From the human T2T-CHM13v2.0 reference genome, Homo sapiens: a DNA stretch of 64,000 nucleotides. Both the position numbers and the translations under genes were made by a program. Within the stretch, counting starts at the first letter, position 1. Each line of letters begins with the position of its first letter. Of this stretch, positions 42,701 to 57,294 are shown one piece after another. The stretch is from the NCBI RefSeq assembly GCF_009914755.1, contig NC_060937.1. One strand, given 5' to 3'. Under the pieces are notes generated by a model. That model searched no databases and was not told the DNA's origin. It was given only the letters and a program-made list of their open reading frames with translations.

Positions 42701-42971
42701 TGACTTAGTAGAAAGCAGATTTTATTGCTTAGTTCTTGTACTTATTCATACTGATGACTAAGTTGAAGAAACAAATTTTCTTTGTCTTTCTGATGTCCAC
42801 GTATATTCACTCCAATCATGAAGGGGAATGGTTGGAGTTTGAGAACCTACGTAAATAAGAATGGAATATTTTCTTTTAAATGGCCTAATAGATGACATTC
42901 ATTATAAAAGAATCAGACATTATAAAAGAATCAGCCTGGTTGTTGGTATGTTACCGGACTGATGTTGTTGA

Positions 42972-43364
<393 letters not shown>

Positions 43365-44856
43365 CTCTCCTACCCTTTCTTATGACCAAACAATAGTCAT
43401 TTTTATGGCTTCTAACTGGGATGTATGTGACTATAGCCAATGAATAGAGAAAAGCTAACTGAAATGATACTGCCTTATGGTATAACAAGAAAACAAATAA
43501 ATTTTATTGACTTCCATATACCACTAGATTAAGCAGACAATCCATTCAAAATTTTCACTCTAATTTTTTTTGCTAGTATCTATGGTAATTTACAATAATA
43601 TTGAATGAATTTAATTATTGTATTTTGAAGTTATTAGAAAACTTCTCAAATTAAAAGCTTTGAGTATGCTATTTAATTTTAGAATATTCAGATTGGTTTC
43701 AATTATTAAAAGTAATGTCATATCAATATATCATCATAGATAGCAAGGTTTAGTCATATTAGTATCTTAAAATTTCTTGTTTTTTTTCTAATCAAACAAG
43801 TCAAACAATTTTGTAATTTGTTTATCTAATTAATTTTTTGTTTTCATCTTATGTTAGTTTATATTAAAATTTTTAAAAAGCTTCATCAAAAAATTTTATC
43901 TTTCTGCTCCTTCTGAGCAAGTGCCTTCTAAGCTGATGTTGCATAGAAAACAGTTACAAGAGCAGAGGCCTGCAGGTAGTAGGAAATAAAAACAATATTT
44001 TATGGGTTTTCCCGTAAAATATTCCCATAAAATTTTATCAGTGTTTTCCAAAAACTAAGTCTGTCATACTGCCTATTTAAGGTCAAAATAATTAATGATA
44101 GATAATTAACTCAGGGCCTTTAAATCTGTGAAACCATTTTAATAAAGAGTAAATGTTCCATTGACGAAAGTTAGCATCATGTGAAGAGCTATTCCCTACG
44201 GAATAAGCCTGTGTTGTTATCCACTTGCCTTAAGGAATGCCATTGTTTATGATGCCAGATGATCCAAAAACTATGCAAAGCTTCATTCATCCTTCACAAA
44301 AGCCAAACAACCAGAATAATGACTGGCAAGAAGCATGGTTTTAATAATCCAGGTATGTCAAATTTACTGCTTAGCTACAGAATCATCTCTCATAACATTA
44401 ATATCTGAATTTATAACAAGTAAGACAAAGTTAGACGATCTTTTATTAACTACAAAAATGCAAGTTTATTCATTTGTGATAGGTTTTTCACCTTTGTCAC
44501 TCTTACATTTACATATCTGATTTGGAAACACTTCAAAAATGTGTGAGCTTCAAATAATGGCATTGTCAAACGCATCTATTAATATCGTGAGCCTTCAAGT
44601 CAAAATGAAACTCTTTCTGCTATGCAATACACTTTCCTAATGATGTTATGAAATGATGCTTAGCCAGTAGTACATTTGTCAAGATTGTTCCTAGGCATAG
44701 TCTTAACAGCAATTTTTGAAAGTAAATATTTGGTTACTCAATATTTAAATATATTTAATACCTAAGATGCAGTTCTAGGCATGAAAATCACTTAGAATCA
44801 ATGAAGAGTAGACTCCTGGGTCATTAATATATATGAAAATTTAAAAATAGTATTTT

Positions 44857-45125
44857 ATTTAATTTTAGTTTTTGTGATGGGCTCTTACTGTCACCCAGGC
44901 TGGAATGCAGTGCACTGTCACCACTCACTGCACCCTTGACCTCCCAGGCTCTGGTGATCCTCCCACCTCAGCTTCCCAAGTAGCTGGGATTATAGGTGCA
45001 CCCCACCACACCCAGCTAATTTTTGTGTATTTTGTAGAAATAGGATTTCGATATGTTGCCCAGGCTGGTCTCAAACTCCTGGCCTCAAGTACTGGGATTA
45101 TAGGTGTGAGCCACTGCACCTGGCC
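44857..45125 (-). mobile_element. AluJ with small internal deletion
   Basis: J-type motifs; left arm lacks about 20 nt at CCTCAAGTACTGGG; TSD AAAATAGTATTTT. Confidence 0.88.
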
Positions 45126-46705
45126 TGAAAATAGTATTTTAAATCATTGTGATATCTTAATACATTTTCTATTCTGTGTCCTTGACTATTGATAGTAGTA
45201 TTTTAGGTAACGATGAGTAAATCTTAAGATTATATGGAATATTTTTATTGTCTAAGTTTCTGACATATATGAAGACTAAACATAATTAAATAATTAGAGT
45301 CCTTTCAATTCTCTTGGATAAACCCTGTCATAACTTTTAGGAGAAAATCTGATTAAGTAGATCACATGATTCCCTTCCTTGAAGCCAAACAGTTCTGGCT
45401 TCAGAGTCTTAGAAGAATATTGCAAGACAAGAAGAATCTGCTGCCCCATGGTGTTTGGTTTTCCCCCCAAGAGATCATTAGTAACCCAGTTTGTTCTCAG
45501 CTGCCCTAAAGATATAATTTTAATTGGTTTATATTAGCACTAGGTATATGTTTAAGGCTCAATAAATGTTAAATGAACTATTAGTATTTCATTGGATATA
45601 AACCATAAGATGGAAATGAAAGATTTTCACCATTTCTGGTCATTATTCACCCAGGTTTACCTTTTCTTTCTCTGTAACTCAGCAACCTTCCCATTATCCA
45701 GGCACCTGGCAGAGCTACTGTTGTTAAATTTCTGACAGCTTTTTCATTACAGGCCCTGTTTTTCAAGAGGCAGGTTAACTAAGCGATTTTGATTTGTGCC
45801 AAGCTGAGATGTGGAATAGACACTTGAAGTCCATTCTCCCGTTTTCCTAAGATTTTATTTGAAGTTATTTGTCCTACTTTGATCTAAAAAATACTAAGAA
45901 AAAACTAAAATTCACCCATTATTTTCATTCATGATTTTTATAACTGAGCAAAGGGATGATAAATTCTGTTGTAGCTCTGCTTTTTATTTTTTTATAAACC
46001 CAAGGCTTTTAAAAAATTAACACAAGACATTTCATACTTCAGAGTTATTATTTGATTCAGAAACATATTAACAGCCAATTGTTTTACTTACATGAGATAG
46101 GGTAAGACCTTTTTACTTTGTAAAACATGAACCAAATGCTATAATTTGTATTTATGTTAAACGTGTGACATATTCATGTCAAAACAATATTTTTTGTCTC
46201 ATAACCAAGGACTCATCTTTACTGTAGAAAACATGAAAAATGCAGATAAGAGAAAAAAAATTTAAAATCAACCAACCTAGTAAGATCATATTGGATTTCA
46301 TTCTCTTTTTATGTCCACTCATTCTTCCCTGAAGTTTTAGAAACTTCTGGAAAGCATTCCTGACTACCTCTCTGCCCCTTCCACATACAGTTACCACATT
46401 CTAATCAGCTTTACCTGGTATTTCCATATTCTTTCCACCTACTTCACACACGATTCCATGTGGTTTAGCATCCACCCAGTTTACTGTACTAAAATGTTTC
46501 TCTCAAAATTTCCAGTAAGCTTCCTTATCATTGTCCAAGTACCATTATCTCCATCTCTTTCTTGTCCACTGCAATTTGTTTTATGTTTGAAAATCTCCTC
46601 ACCTGGGTTCCACGATGCTACCTAATGTTTTTGTTCTCTTCTTACCTTTGCAACTATTCACTGTCTCTTGCCTTTAAATTTTCTTATTATTCATTGAGTT
46701 TGGTG

Positions 46706-47183
46706 TATAGGTTAAGTTGCTTTTACTTGTAAACAGTAGAATAACCAACTAACAATGGTGTAAACAACAGGATATTTATTGATTATTTAACAAGAAGTCC
46801 AGAAGTTGGAAGTCCTAAGGCTGGTTTGGTGACTCAAATAGGAACTCAAGGTTCTTTGCATCCCTCCATTGTCATTGTCTGTCTTCTAGCAATGTCTTGT
46901 CTCTTACGCAAAAGATGGCTGTGTAGCTCTAAGAAGGCAGGAGGCTGAGGCAAAATGGCCCTTCTGCTCCTTTAATCAGGGAAAACACTTTTTTTTTTTT
47001 CAGAAATCTCCATAAATCACATTGGCTAGAAATGGGTCTTACACCCACCCCTACACCAGGGAAAAGTGCTAATTGTGATTCATCCCTTGGTGGTGAGCAC
47101 AATGCCCCCTGACATAATCAGTCTTAGAGAAGCAAAAAAGAAAGGGCGATGGCTGTGGGATATGTGACTGACAGGGGCTGCAC
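46706..47183 (-). mobile_element. Old MLT1 (K/L-type) LTR
   Basis: TTTAACAAGAAGTCCAGAAGT...AAAAGATGGCTG...CACATTGGCTAGAAATGGGTC. Confidence 0.6.
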
Positions 47184-47377
47184 GACTCGTCTGTCACCTA
47201 TGGCTGCTCTTCAAGACTGTGTCTATTTTTCTCTACAACTGAAAGTCTCTGAGGTTCCATTCATGTGATGCCCAAAACGGGTTGTTGTGAAAACCAGCTG
47301 GGATGTGAAAGTACTGTATAAACAGGAGTTGTATTGTCTTTTATTAAACGTACCATATTTTCCTAATGAGGTGCAAT

Positions 47378-47703
47378 CTTTTTTTTGTCTTGTTTTTGTT
47401 GTTGTTTGTTTTGTTTTTTTTGAGACAGAGTCTCACTCTTTCTCCCAGGCTGGAGTGCAGTGGCGTGATCTCTGCTCACTGTTACCTCCACCTCCAGAGT
47501 TCAAAGGATTCTCCCGCTTTAGCCTCCCAAGTAGCTGGGACTGCAGGCACATACCATCACACCAGCGAATTTTTTGTATTTTTAGTAGAGAAGGGGTTTC
47601 GCCATGTTGGCTAGCCTGGTCTCTAACTCCGAAGCTCAGGCAAGCCACTCTCCTTAGCGTCCCAAAGTGGTAGGATTACAGGCGTGAGCCACCACACCCA
47701 GCA
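47378..47703 (-). mobile_element. AluS with (TTTG)-type degenerated tail
   Basis: Dimeric Alu; imperfect TSD GAGGTGCAATCTT / GAGACACAATCTT. Confidence 0.9.
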
Positions 47704-47856
47704 GAGACACAATCTTAAAATAAATATTTAGTAATTCTTCTTGTGTATTGAACCAAGCACCAACTCCTGCCAATCCTTTCCTCAGAATCTATCTACATCT
47801 TTCCATTTTCCATCGTCCTATTCTAGGTATCCGTTTACCTCATGCTATTTGTTTGC

Positions 47857-48451
<595 letters not shown>

Positions 48452-49444
48452 TCGTTTGCTTCCTCTTGTATGGCATTTATCCATATTCCTTTTTCCTACT
48501 ACACACAATATGAATACTACAGCTAGGATTCCAGCCATTAGCTGACCTTTTTGTCTAAACCAGATGCCTGCTCCTCCATATGACCTCTCTCCTGTCTGGT
48601 CAGGCCTCTTCCAGGAACTTCCATAACATTCCATTCTCATTCCAATCCCTTGTCTAGGCTCCTGCTGTGGCTCTCAGTGTTAACTGGAATGTTTGACTTT
48701 GTCTCTTACACCACTGCAAACAGTGTGACATTACTCAACAAATGGACCAGGCAGGGTTAAGGTCACCAGTAAAGCAAGTTATCTAATTCTTTGGTCTGAC
48801 TTGAGTTCACAAACCTACCCTAAACTATTTGACTCTCCTGATGGAATTAAACTAATCTATTTAGTCATTCGTCTCATGTAATATCTTTGCCACAAATCCT
48901 AAGATCATTTTATAAGTATAGGGACGGTGTGCAATAGTCTAGTGCTATAAAGTTGTATTGAGTGCTCATTCAATACTTAACAATTAGCTGATCTTCAAAT
49001 AATTTAAAACCACATATACTATGCTTTTACCCATTCTTCCTTTACCTCCATTTAAAATAATGAATTATCTGCTATACTGAGTCAGGGTAAATTACAATGA
49101 GTCCCAGGATAAGGTGGTAGGACAGGAAGTGTGTGTTTTTACCCTCTTCCTCTGGAGTGCATAATGCTTTACTATGATACAAAGAGAAGTTTGAAGGAAG
49201 TCACGTTGTCAAATATGACAGAAGTAATAACTTGACTGCAATTCCTGAGCCTATCAACCTCACCGTTTGTCCACAAACATAACCAGAATATATTTTATCT
49301 TGATTTCCGACTTGAGGGAAAATAAGTTCAGTGATTTAAGATCTGCCAGTTAGCATAAATATTGTGAAAGCAAAAAACTGTGCTAAAATTTTAAGAGAAA
49401 AAAAGTTAAGTGTGTTGCGTTTTCAGAAAGATTTAGCTATGGAG

Positions 49445-49490
49445 TTTTTTTTTTGTTTTGTTTTGTTTTGTTTTGTTTGGTTTTGTTTTG
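49445..49490. repeat. (TTTTG)n pentanucleotide repeat
   Basis: Read directly. Confidence 0.9.
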
Positions 49491-51229
49491 TCTTGACCTA
49501 TGAGTTTGAAGAAGACAAAGTGGCTCTGTAAATAAGTCGACTTCATTTTTAAAGCGTTTGGAAAGGTTAAATGAGGTTGAATCTTGAGAGTCTTTTTGGT
49601 GGTTAGGAGAGGGGGAATTTATTAAAGAGAGGAAGACAATGTACCTAATATGTTGTGATGATAATGACAAACTCAAAGATTTAAACTTCATGAGTCATTC
49701 TGGTCATTCATATCATCATCAGGAAAACATCTTCATGTGTAGCTTCATAGGTGAGCTCCACAAAACTGTGCATTACCTTGTAGTAGTTTGTGAATAATGT
49801 GCTGACCTATGACACATAGCCACGTAAGTGAATAAACACTATTATTATTATTATTTTGTCTTGGTTTTCATTAAACTATCTTAGTAGTTTCAGGAGCTCT
49901 GGGTTTCAACACACACTTCTGCCAGCTGACTTTAGTGCGTCCATTAGCATAACAAAGTCAATTAGGCAAACCTGAATTTTCACTTTTATCCCGTTCACAG
50001 AACATCATTGTAAATGGAGACAGGAAGAAGAAATTGGATTGATTCTCCACTTGAGAATTATGTTAACTTGGAAGAAAATGTTAAGTCTACTATGTGAGGG
50101 CATCTAGTGAGAGGGAAGGAATCACCTCCCTTCCCCCATTATGTCCCTTTATGCACCTCTGACCCTTGTGCTCTCCTTTTCTTGTTGCTTCTGTGGTCTG
50201 GTTGTTAGCTTTCCCGATCCTCCACACATTGGAAACCTAAGCATAATGATTTCTGATCGAAGGCTATGAGATATTTGAAATAAAAAAAGGGGAAATTGTT
50301 GAGTCTAGAACCAAACCTTTAAAAATTAAGAACTACCAGTCTGTAATGTGTGCCTTTAGAAAAAAACAAAGTCAAACAGAAATTAGGCAACTAGTTAGAG
50401 CCGTGATTGTGCTCTGCCACCCATGAACTCCCGTCTATGACTATTTCCACTCTGGCTTTGTGTTTCAGTAGGTCAGGGACACATATTAAGAGCAACAATT
50501 GGAACTGCGTTATCCTTTACCTCCATAAAAATACAGCTTAATAACATGTTAATGACTTAAAATTACCTTGTCTTTCTAGATTGTTTATTGATGTCATTTC
50601 AGATCGGTATAAAGGATGTGAAGTGAATAAGAAAATAGGTACGTTTCTTTTTCTTTTTTTCCCCTTTCTACCGACTAGGAAGAGATCCAGTCCAGGTTTT
50701 GCCTTTGACTCGGCCTGTGAATTTCGGCTGTGCAATGTGTAGCACGTTTCTTTCTCCCCCCTCCTTTCTCCTTCCCTCTTGCCTCCAGTGACTGTCTCCA
50801 GGATTTCTCTCTTCCTATTTCAGGAGGACTCTCACAGGCTCCCACAGCCTGTGTTAAGCTGAGGTTTCCCCTAGATCTCGTATATCCCCAACACATACCT
50901 CCACGCACACACATCCCCAAGAACCTCGAGCTCACACCAACAGACACACGCGCGCATACACACTCGCTCTCGCTTGTCCATCTCCCTCCCGGGGGAGCCG
51001 GCGCGCGCTCCCACCTTTGCCGCACACTCCGGCGAGCCGAGCCCGCAGCGCTCCAGGATTCTGCGGCTCGGAACTCGGATTGCAGCTCTGAACCCCCATG
51101 GTGGTTTTTTAAACACTTCTTTTCCTTCTCTTCCTCGTTTTGATTGCACCGTTTCCATCTGGGGGCTAGAGGAGCAAGGCAGCAGCCTTCCCAGCCAGCC
51201 CTTGTTGGCTTGCCATCGTCCATCTGGCT

Positions 51230-51237
51230 TATAAAAG
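51230..51237 (+). promoter_or_regulatory. Consensus TATA box TATAAAAG
   Basis: Matches TATAWAAR, in GC-rich context 183 nt upstream of the GPC6 ATG; function is inferred. Confidence 0.45.
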
Positions 51238-51298
51238 TTTGCTGAGCGCAGTCCAGAGGGCTGCGCTGCTCGTCCCCTCGGCTGGCAGAAGGGGGTGA

Positions 51299-51664
<366 letters not shown>

Positions 51665-54339
51665 TGAGTTGGTGCTCACTTTCTGCCACCGCTATGGGAC
51701 TCCGCGTCTCCGTGTTGGGCGGCGGATGCTCCTGCGGCTTCTTCGGCGGGGGAAGGTGTGCGTCTCCGCCGCCTCATTGTGTGCACACGCGGGAGCACCC
51801 TGGCTCCCGCCTCCCGCTGCTCTCGCGCCCTTCTACCCCTTAGTTGATGGCTCAGGCCCGGCTGGCCAGGGAGCCCGGGTCACTCCGGGGCGGCTGCAAG
51901 GCGCAGACGGAGAGCCGAGCCGGGCGCTCACTCCGCGCTCTGGTTCGGGCAAACTTGGAAGAACTGCGACCGCAGTTTGCCCAGCGCCACAGTCTGAGTG
52001 GCGCCTTCTCCACTCCCGCCCTTGCGCCGGCAGGGGCGGTGGAGAGACGCGGAGGGCTCCCCCAGCCCCTCTCTCCCCTATCCGTCCTTCGGGCGACAGA
52101 GCGCCCGGCGCTCGGGCCGGGGGCGGGCAAGGCTGGGAGGGACCCTCGCCGGGGACCTGGCCTCTGGACGCCGGCGTTTCAAGGCTGGTTTGGAGACTTC
52201 ACGGGCTGCCTGTTTCAGATGTGGGGCGGGCTTTCCCGTTAGGGTTCCTCAGTGCTTCCCCAGTTGCTGTTGGCCACTCAGGGCCCGGGGACACCCTGCC
52301 ACCCGGTCTGGAGCCGGCCTCGTCTGCCAGCGAACAGCCAACTTTAGCGGGTGGCTCAGCTGGGGATTCGGGTCCGGGTTCGGGGGCCCCGTGTCCCCCG
52401 CATGCCCGGCCACTGGCATTGCTCCACCAAGAGCTTGAGAGCGCCCACCCTTTCTCTCGGCGCCAGTGTGTGTAGCACTTGGTCTCCGACAACTTGCGCG
52501 GCAGTCTGGGTGCTTGTTTTCCGGCTCTTAGCTCCAACCGAATCCGAGCTTCTCTGGGGCTCTGTGAATGAAACGTGTCGGGGAGAGATAATCCTTTGGC
52601 TGCTAAAGAACAGAACTGAGAGAGGCCGAGGGAGGCCAGGAGATGCTGCGAGGGCGCGGGCTGCTCAAACCGGGCAGCTGAAGTCCTTAGTGACCTCAGA
52701 TCGTCAAGTCAAAACGCTGAATTTCCACCAGCCTCTGTCTGCTTTTTGCCAAATAACTGGTGGATGGATGAAAAGCATTTTGCAGATATCTTAGAACATC
52801 ACAGTTTCGATACGTTGAGGAATTACTATTTTCTTATGATTTTCAAGCTGTAGAAGTGAGGGTTTTTACTTACACTGAAATGAACACATTTAAATAAATT
52901 TGAGCATTGGCAAAGGGGGAAAAAAAGAGGCGCAAATTACCACGCTCATTATATAGAAGGAGCTTTTTCAGTTCAGAGCCAGACATTCCCTTTGCTGAGT
53001 CTAAGTTAGAATCTGTGGTGAATTATAAGCCTACTTTTCTATCCTTGTTACTTCTTCCTTCTTTTCCAGAACTCCTTAATTTGTTAATCAATGAATAGAG
53101 AGCGACTGTCCCCACAGCTCCTTAAGTTTCTTAACTCTCCTTCTCCTTTGTCTACTGTTATTTCATTCTTTTTAATTAATTGATAAGGATCAGCTTCGCT
53201 TTTTTTTTTCCCTCCCCAAATCTCAGGGAATTCAACTTTTTAAAAGGTTTATAGTATGGATCACTTCTTCTAGGAACTTTTTCTCCTTTAATCTGGGCTT
53301 TTTCAAACGGTATCTTTTAAGCACACAAGATATTTCCCAACATGATTTCAGATAAGATGTCTCAAAGAAGAAAATAGTTAGGTATTTTTAAATTGCTTCG
53401 GTATTCTTTAGAGGATAATGGGACTCTCAGGAGACTAGAGTTCATCCTCAGCATCAGGCACATCTCTTTAATATCAAAGTGAAGATTTTCAGTGTAAAAC
53501 AATTTCTGTAGTCACCATGAATGTTTGTTGAGAACATTCCCAGGGGTTCATGTAAATTCTTCGGTGGATATTTAACTAAAGAGGTTTTTGTTTTTGTTTT
53601 TGGTTTCCTCCCCACCTTTTTACAATTACAGTGTTTGCTTATTAGCTATGAATTTCTAAAATGTGTGCACTTTTTTTTTTTTAAACTCACCTACTTTCCA
53701 TGAGTAAGGGCATACTGTTAACTTTGCTTTAAGCCTTGTGTCCTTTGATGCTGGTAGACATAATCAAGATGCAGGTCACCACAGGGTCAGAGGCACATTT
53801 AATAGGAAAATAATGAATTGAAAGATAATTGTGTTTTTTAAGGATATACTTGTTTTTTCAAAATCAACTTTACTTAATGCTACCTATTGCTGTTTTAATA
53901 ATCACTTAGGAAATATACCCTGTTGTTACAGGAACACACTCTATCTCTCCTCCCTAGTTCTTGATACTGTTTACATTTAATTATCTAGTGTAAGTGGTTA
54001 TCTTTTCTTAAACTCTTTTTTATCCTTTGCCTTGATTGGGCATCTAATGGTTTGCTTGAAGAATTTCATGTGTCTTCAATCTGCCAGGGCACATAAATTT
54101 AAAAGAATTGCTGTTCAGACTTCAGATTCATGACAGCTGTTTCTAATTGAAAGCTATTTGCAGGTAGCTTGCTTAGTGAAATAACTTGAGAAGTAATAAG
54201 GACATTATGTTTCATCATGACATTATCAAAGTTTTACTCAGAACTCACAATTGTGAAATAGTGTTGCCCTTTTCTATTCTAGGATAGAATGGAAACCCAA
54301 CAGATGAGGAAGTATCACAGGTAATATATAAAGTTATGC

Positions 54340-54640
54340 TTTCAGAGAATGCTTGGGAAGGAGGAGGCCTTCAAGGGGCAGTTTGCACCATCAGTTTTCA
54401 CTCAGCACTGATTTTAAACCATGGCAAGGAGATCAGATAGACTATTTATCCTTGTTTGAAAAACTTCCAAAGGAGTAGACTCTTGATCCCCTTTCAGCAA
54501 TCCATTCTAATATTTAGCAATTCTTGTGGTATAGAAATGTTTCCAGATATCTAGCCAAAAGCCTTCACAATATGCTTGCTTATTTTTTCTTGTTCTATCC
54601 TCTGGGAAGATACTGAGCAGTGAATCATCAGGTTCTTTGT
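54340..54640 (-). mobile_element. L3/CR1 remnant
   Basis: AAACTTCCAAAGGAGTAGACTC...CAGCAATCCATTCTAATATTTAGCAATTCTTG...AGAAATGTTTCCAGATATCTAGCC. Confidence 0.5.
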
Positions 54641-54949
54641 TAGGAGAGTTACTCTCATCAAAGGTCAGTGTGAAACATTCTAGTCTTTCCTCATTCATCA
54701 GAATTATGACCTAAGTTTCCAATCCTCCTCATGTTGGTGGCTCTAAACTTCTAAAGGAACTCTACCACTGAAAATAGCACCTGCTTAAAACTCTGGGAAA
54801 TTCAGAGAATGTTGTTTCAGGCTTACTCTGCCACTGTTTTATGCCTTGAGTCTTGCTAGGATCATTAATTATAACACTTTGTAGTTAACAGTGACTTATT
54901 GGCCTACATGATCATGTTTTCATTACTTATGTAATGTGACATTATTTAA

Positions 54950-55195
54950 CAATCTCTTATATAGAATTTACTATGTGCCCATCACCTACTTAAAAATTAT
55001 TACCTTTATAATATCACCTTACTGAATTCTTCCAATAACTTAGTAGATACTACACATTAACCCCATTTTATAGATAAAAAGGCTGTGTGACAGGAACTTT
55101 AATAAACTTACCTAAGGGTGACTCTACTAGTAAGTAATGAGGCTGCAGTTCAAACCCAGGCACTCTGACTCCAGGGTCTATATACCTGACTTGGC
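54950..55195 (-). mobile_element. MIR
   Basis: Core CCCCATTTTATAGATAAAAA...AACTTACCTAAGG...TTCAAACCCAGGCACTCTGACTCCAG. Confidence 0.8.
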
Positions 55196-55270
55196 TCACT
55201 GCCTTACAGTATTAAACATTCACCATTTATTTTGAATGAATGCATGCAAAATCTATTCTTTCCTCATTTC

Positions 55271-55295
55271 ATATATATATATATATATATATATA
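55271..55295. repeat. (AT)12 microsatellite
   Basis: Read directly. Confidence 0.95.
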
Positions 55296-57294
55296 GTCTG
55301 GTATTATTAATCACTATATACATATATGTATCCCTTCCAGTTTTGCATGCTAAATACGTTTCTATTTTGTTCCAACGTCTCTAATTCTCAATATCACTTT
55401 GACTTTGGATTTTGTATTCTCAGGAATTGGCCATGCTACCACCATTAAATGGTTCATGCGTTTATGCCTTTTTCTGAACGTTTTCTGGCAAGATATAGTT
55501 ACATAAAACACAGAAACTAAAGTACATGTCTTGGTTTCTTTCAGTATACTAGGCCTATTGAAATATTGGGTTAGTCCAACAAAGCTCATGCTGGAAAGTT
55601 ATTCATGGGGCTAGAGGGAGTAAGAACATTTATCTCCACAGATTAGAAAAAAAAATGTAACTAGCTCTGTTTTCAGTATTTATTTTGCAACTTTTTCTGT
55701 CCCAGGTATTTTGAGAGTTGGGTTACAGCTGGATATTAAAAAAGCACTAAAGTCTTCATCTATTTGATATTAATTTATCAAGTATTTATCTAAAAATCTA
55801 CAGTTTAAAAAGATTATTTGCTTGTTTCAAAATACATAATGTTTCCTTTTCACTGACCTTTGCCCAGTGGGCGTTTCCTTTCTCTGGAAACCTGTCTTTC
55901 TGTCTGCTCCCCCGGCAAACCAACTAATTTAATACATTTACAATTTACACAACTTTTTTTTTTTTTTTCCAGTTTCCATGGAGATATCACATTAACTTAA
56001 ATGGAAAACAGTGTTTGGTAACTCTTACTCTTTAAAGCCACAGTAAATATCGTAGTTTGAGATAAATTGTTTAATTTCTGTTTATCTGCCTGGTTCAAAG
56101 ATTTCTTATTTCTTTGCCCCCTGTTTAGTTAGCTGATTTCTTTAAAAGTTTTTGGAAGGACAGTGTAAGTCACAAATGAGTGAGGTGAACTTCAATTTTT
56201 GTTTTTGTAATGATTCTACAAGTCACTAGATTTCTAAAAGAATCACATTAATTCCAGGTATCAAAGCAATCTAAAAGTTGGGCTATTAGAAGCGCCACTT
56301 GTTAAACTCTTGATTTGGGCATTAATTTTAGAGCGATTGTGAGTTATCTTAGCTGATTTAATTAGAGGATAATATGTCATCATTGGGAACAAGAGTTCAT
56401 TTGAGTTGACTGATATACTTTTTTACATAAAATATCTCTCAACTGCATTGTATCTTAATAATAGCTTGTGAGTAGAAATATAGGCCACTGTCAAAATTGA
56501 TTTAAAATGTACAGCATTATGTTCTTTAAGTATTATGGCATAAAGATTGTGCCATAAATTATGTAAGAAAGTGACTAGTGTTCTTTTAAAATTATGGATG
56601 AAATTTACGAACACTTATAAAACACAAAATTATTGAGTAGTTCTAACCTAAAATGACCTAACTTCAATCACTAGTTTTGTATAGAAATCTGAGTTTAGGG
56701 TAAACATTATAATAAATTAATTGCTTTAAAAATGATTTTAATCTTTTGATCTTATATTGAAACCCACAAAAATAACAGTATAAGAACAACCTTTACCCCC
56801 ACTTAATTCACATCTTTCAAATTACTTCTAGAAAGGCCAGTAAGGTGATTTAGATTTATCTTGCCAGTATAAACAGTGATTTAATATTCTTTTAAACTTG
56901 GTGATTTTATTTCTTTACAGACTAAATTCTGCTATGTTAAATTCTTGAGCTGGTACATAATTTAACTTTAAATATTTTCATAGATTTCTCCAGTATTATT
57001 CAATTTTCAATGATATATATAGTACAGTTTGAAAGTACTATTGACTCCCTGGGATCATATATTTGTAATAAAGGGTTCCATAGTGGTGAGACTTGGGTAA
57101 ATATTTTAAAATTCTAATAATCCTGGATGAAAATATCTAAGAATTTTTAATAACCGTGGATGAAAAATATGTTTTAAATGAATGTGCCAGTTAGTAGCCA
57201 AAAAAAAAAAAATAAATCAAAATTTGGTTTCACACTTTCACATTATTCAGGTTATTGGGTATTTTAATAACCCATTCTCTCTTTCTTCTAGGCA

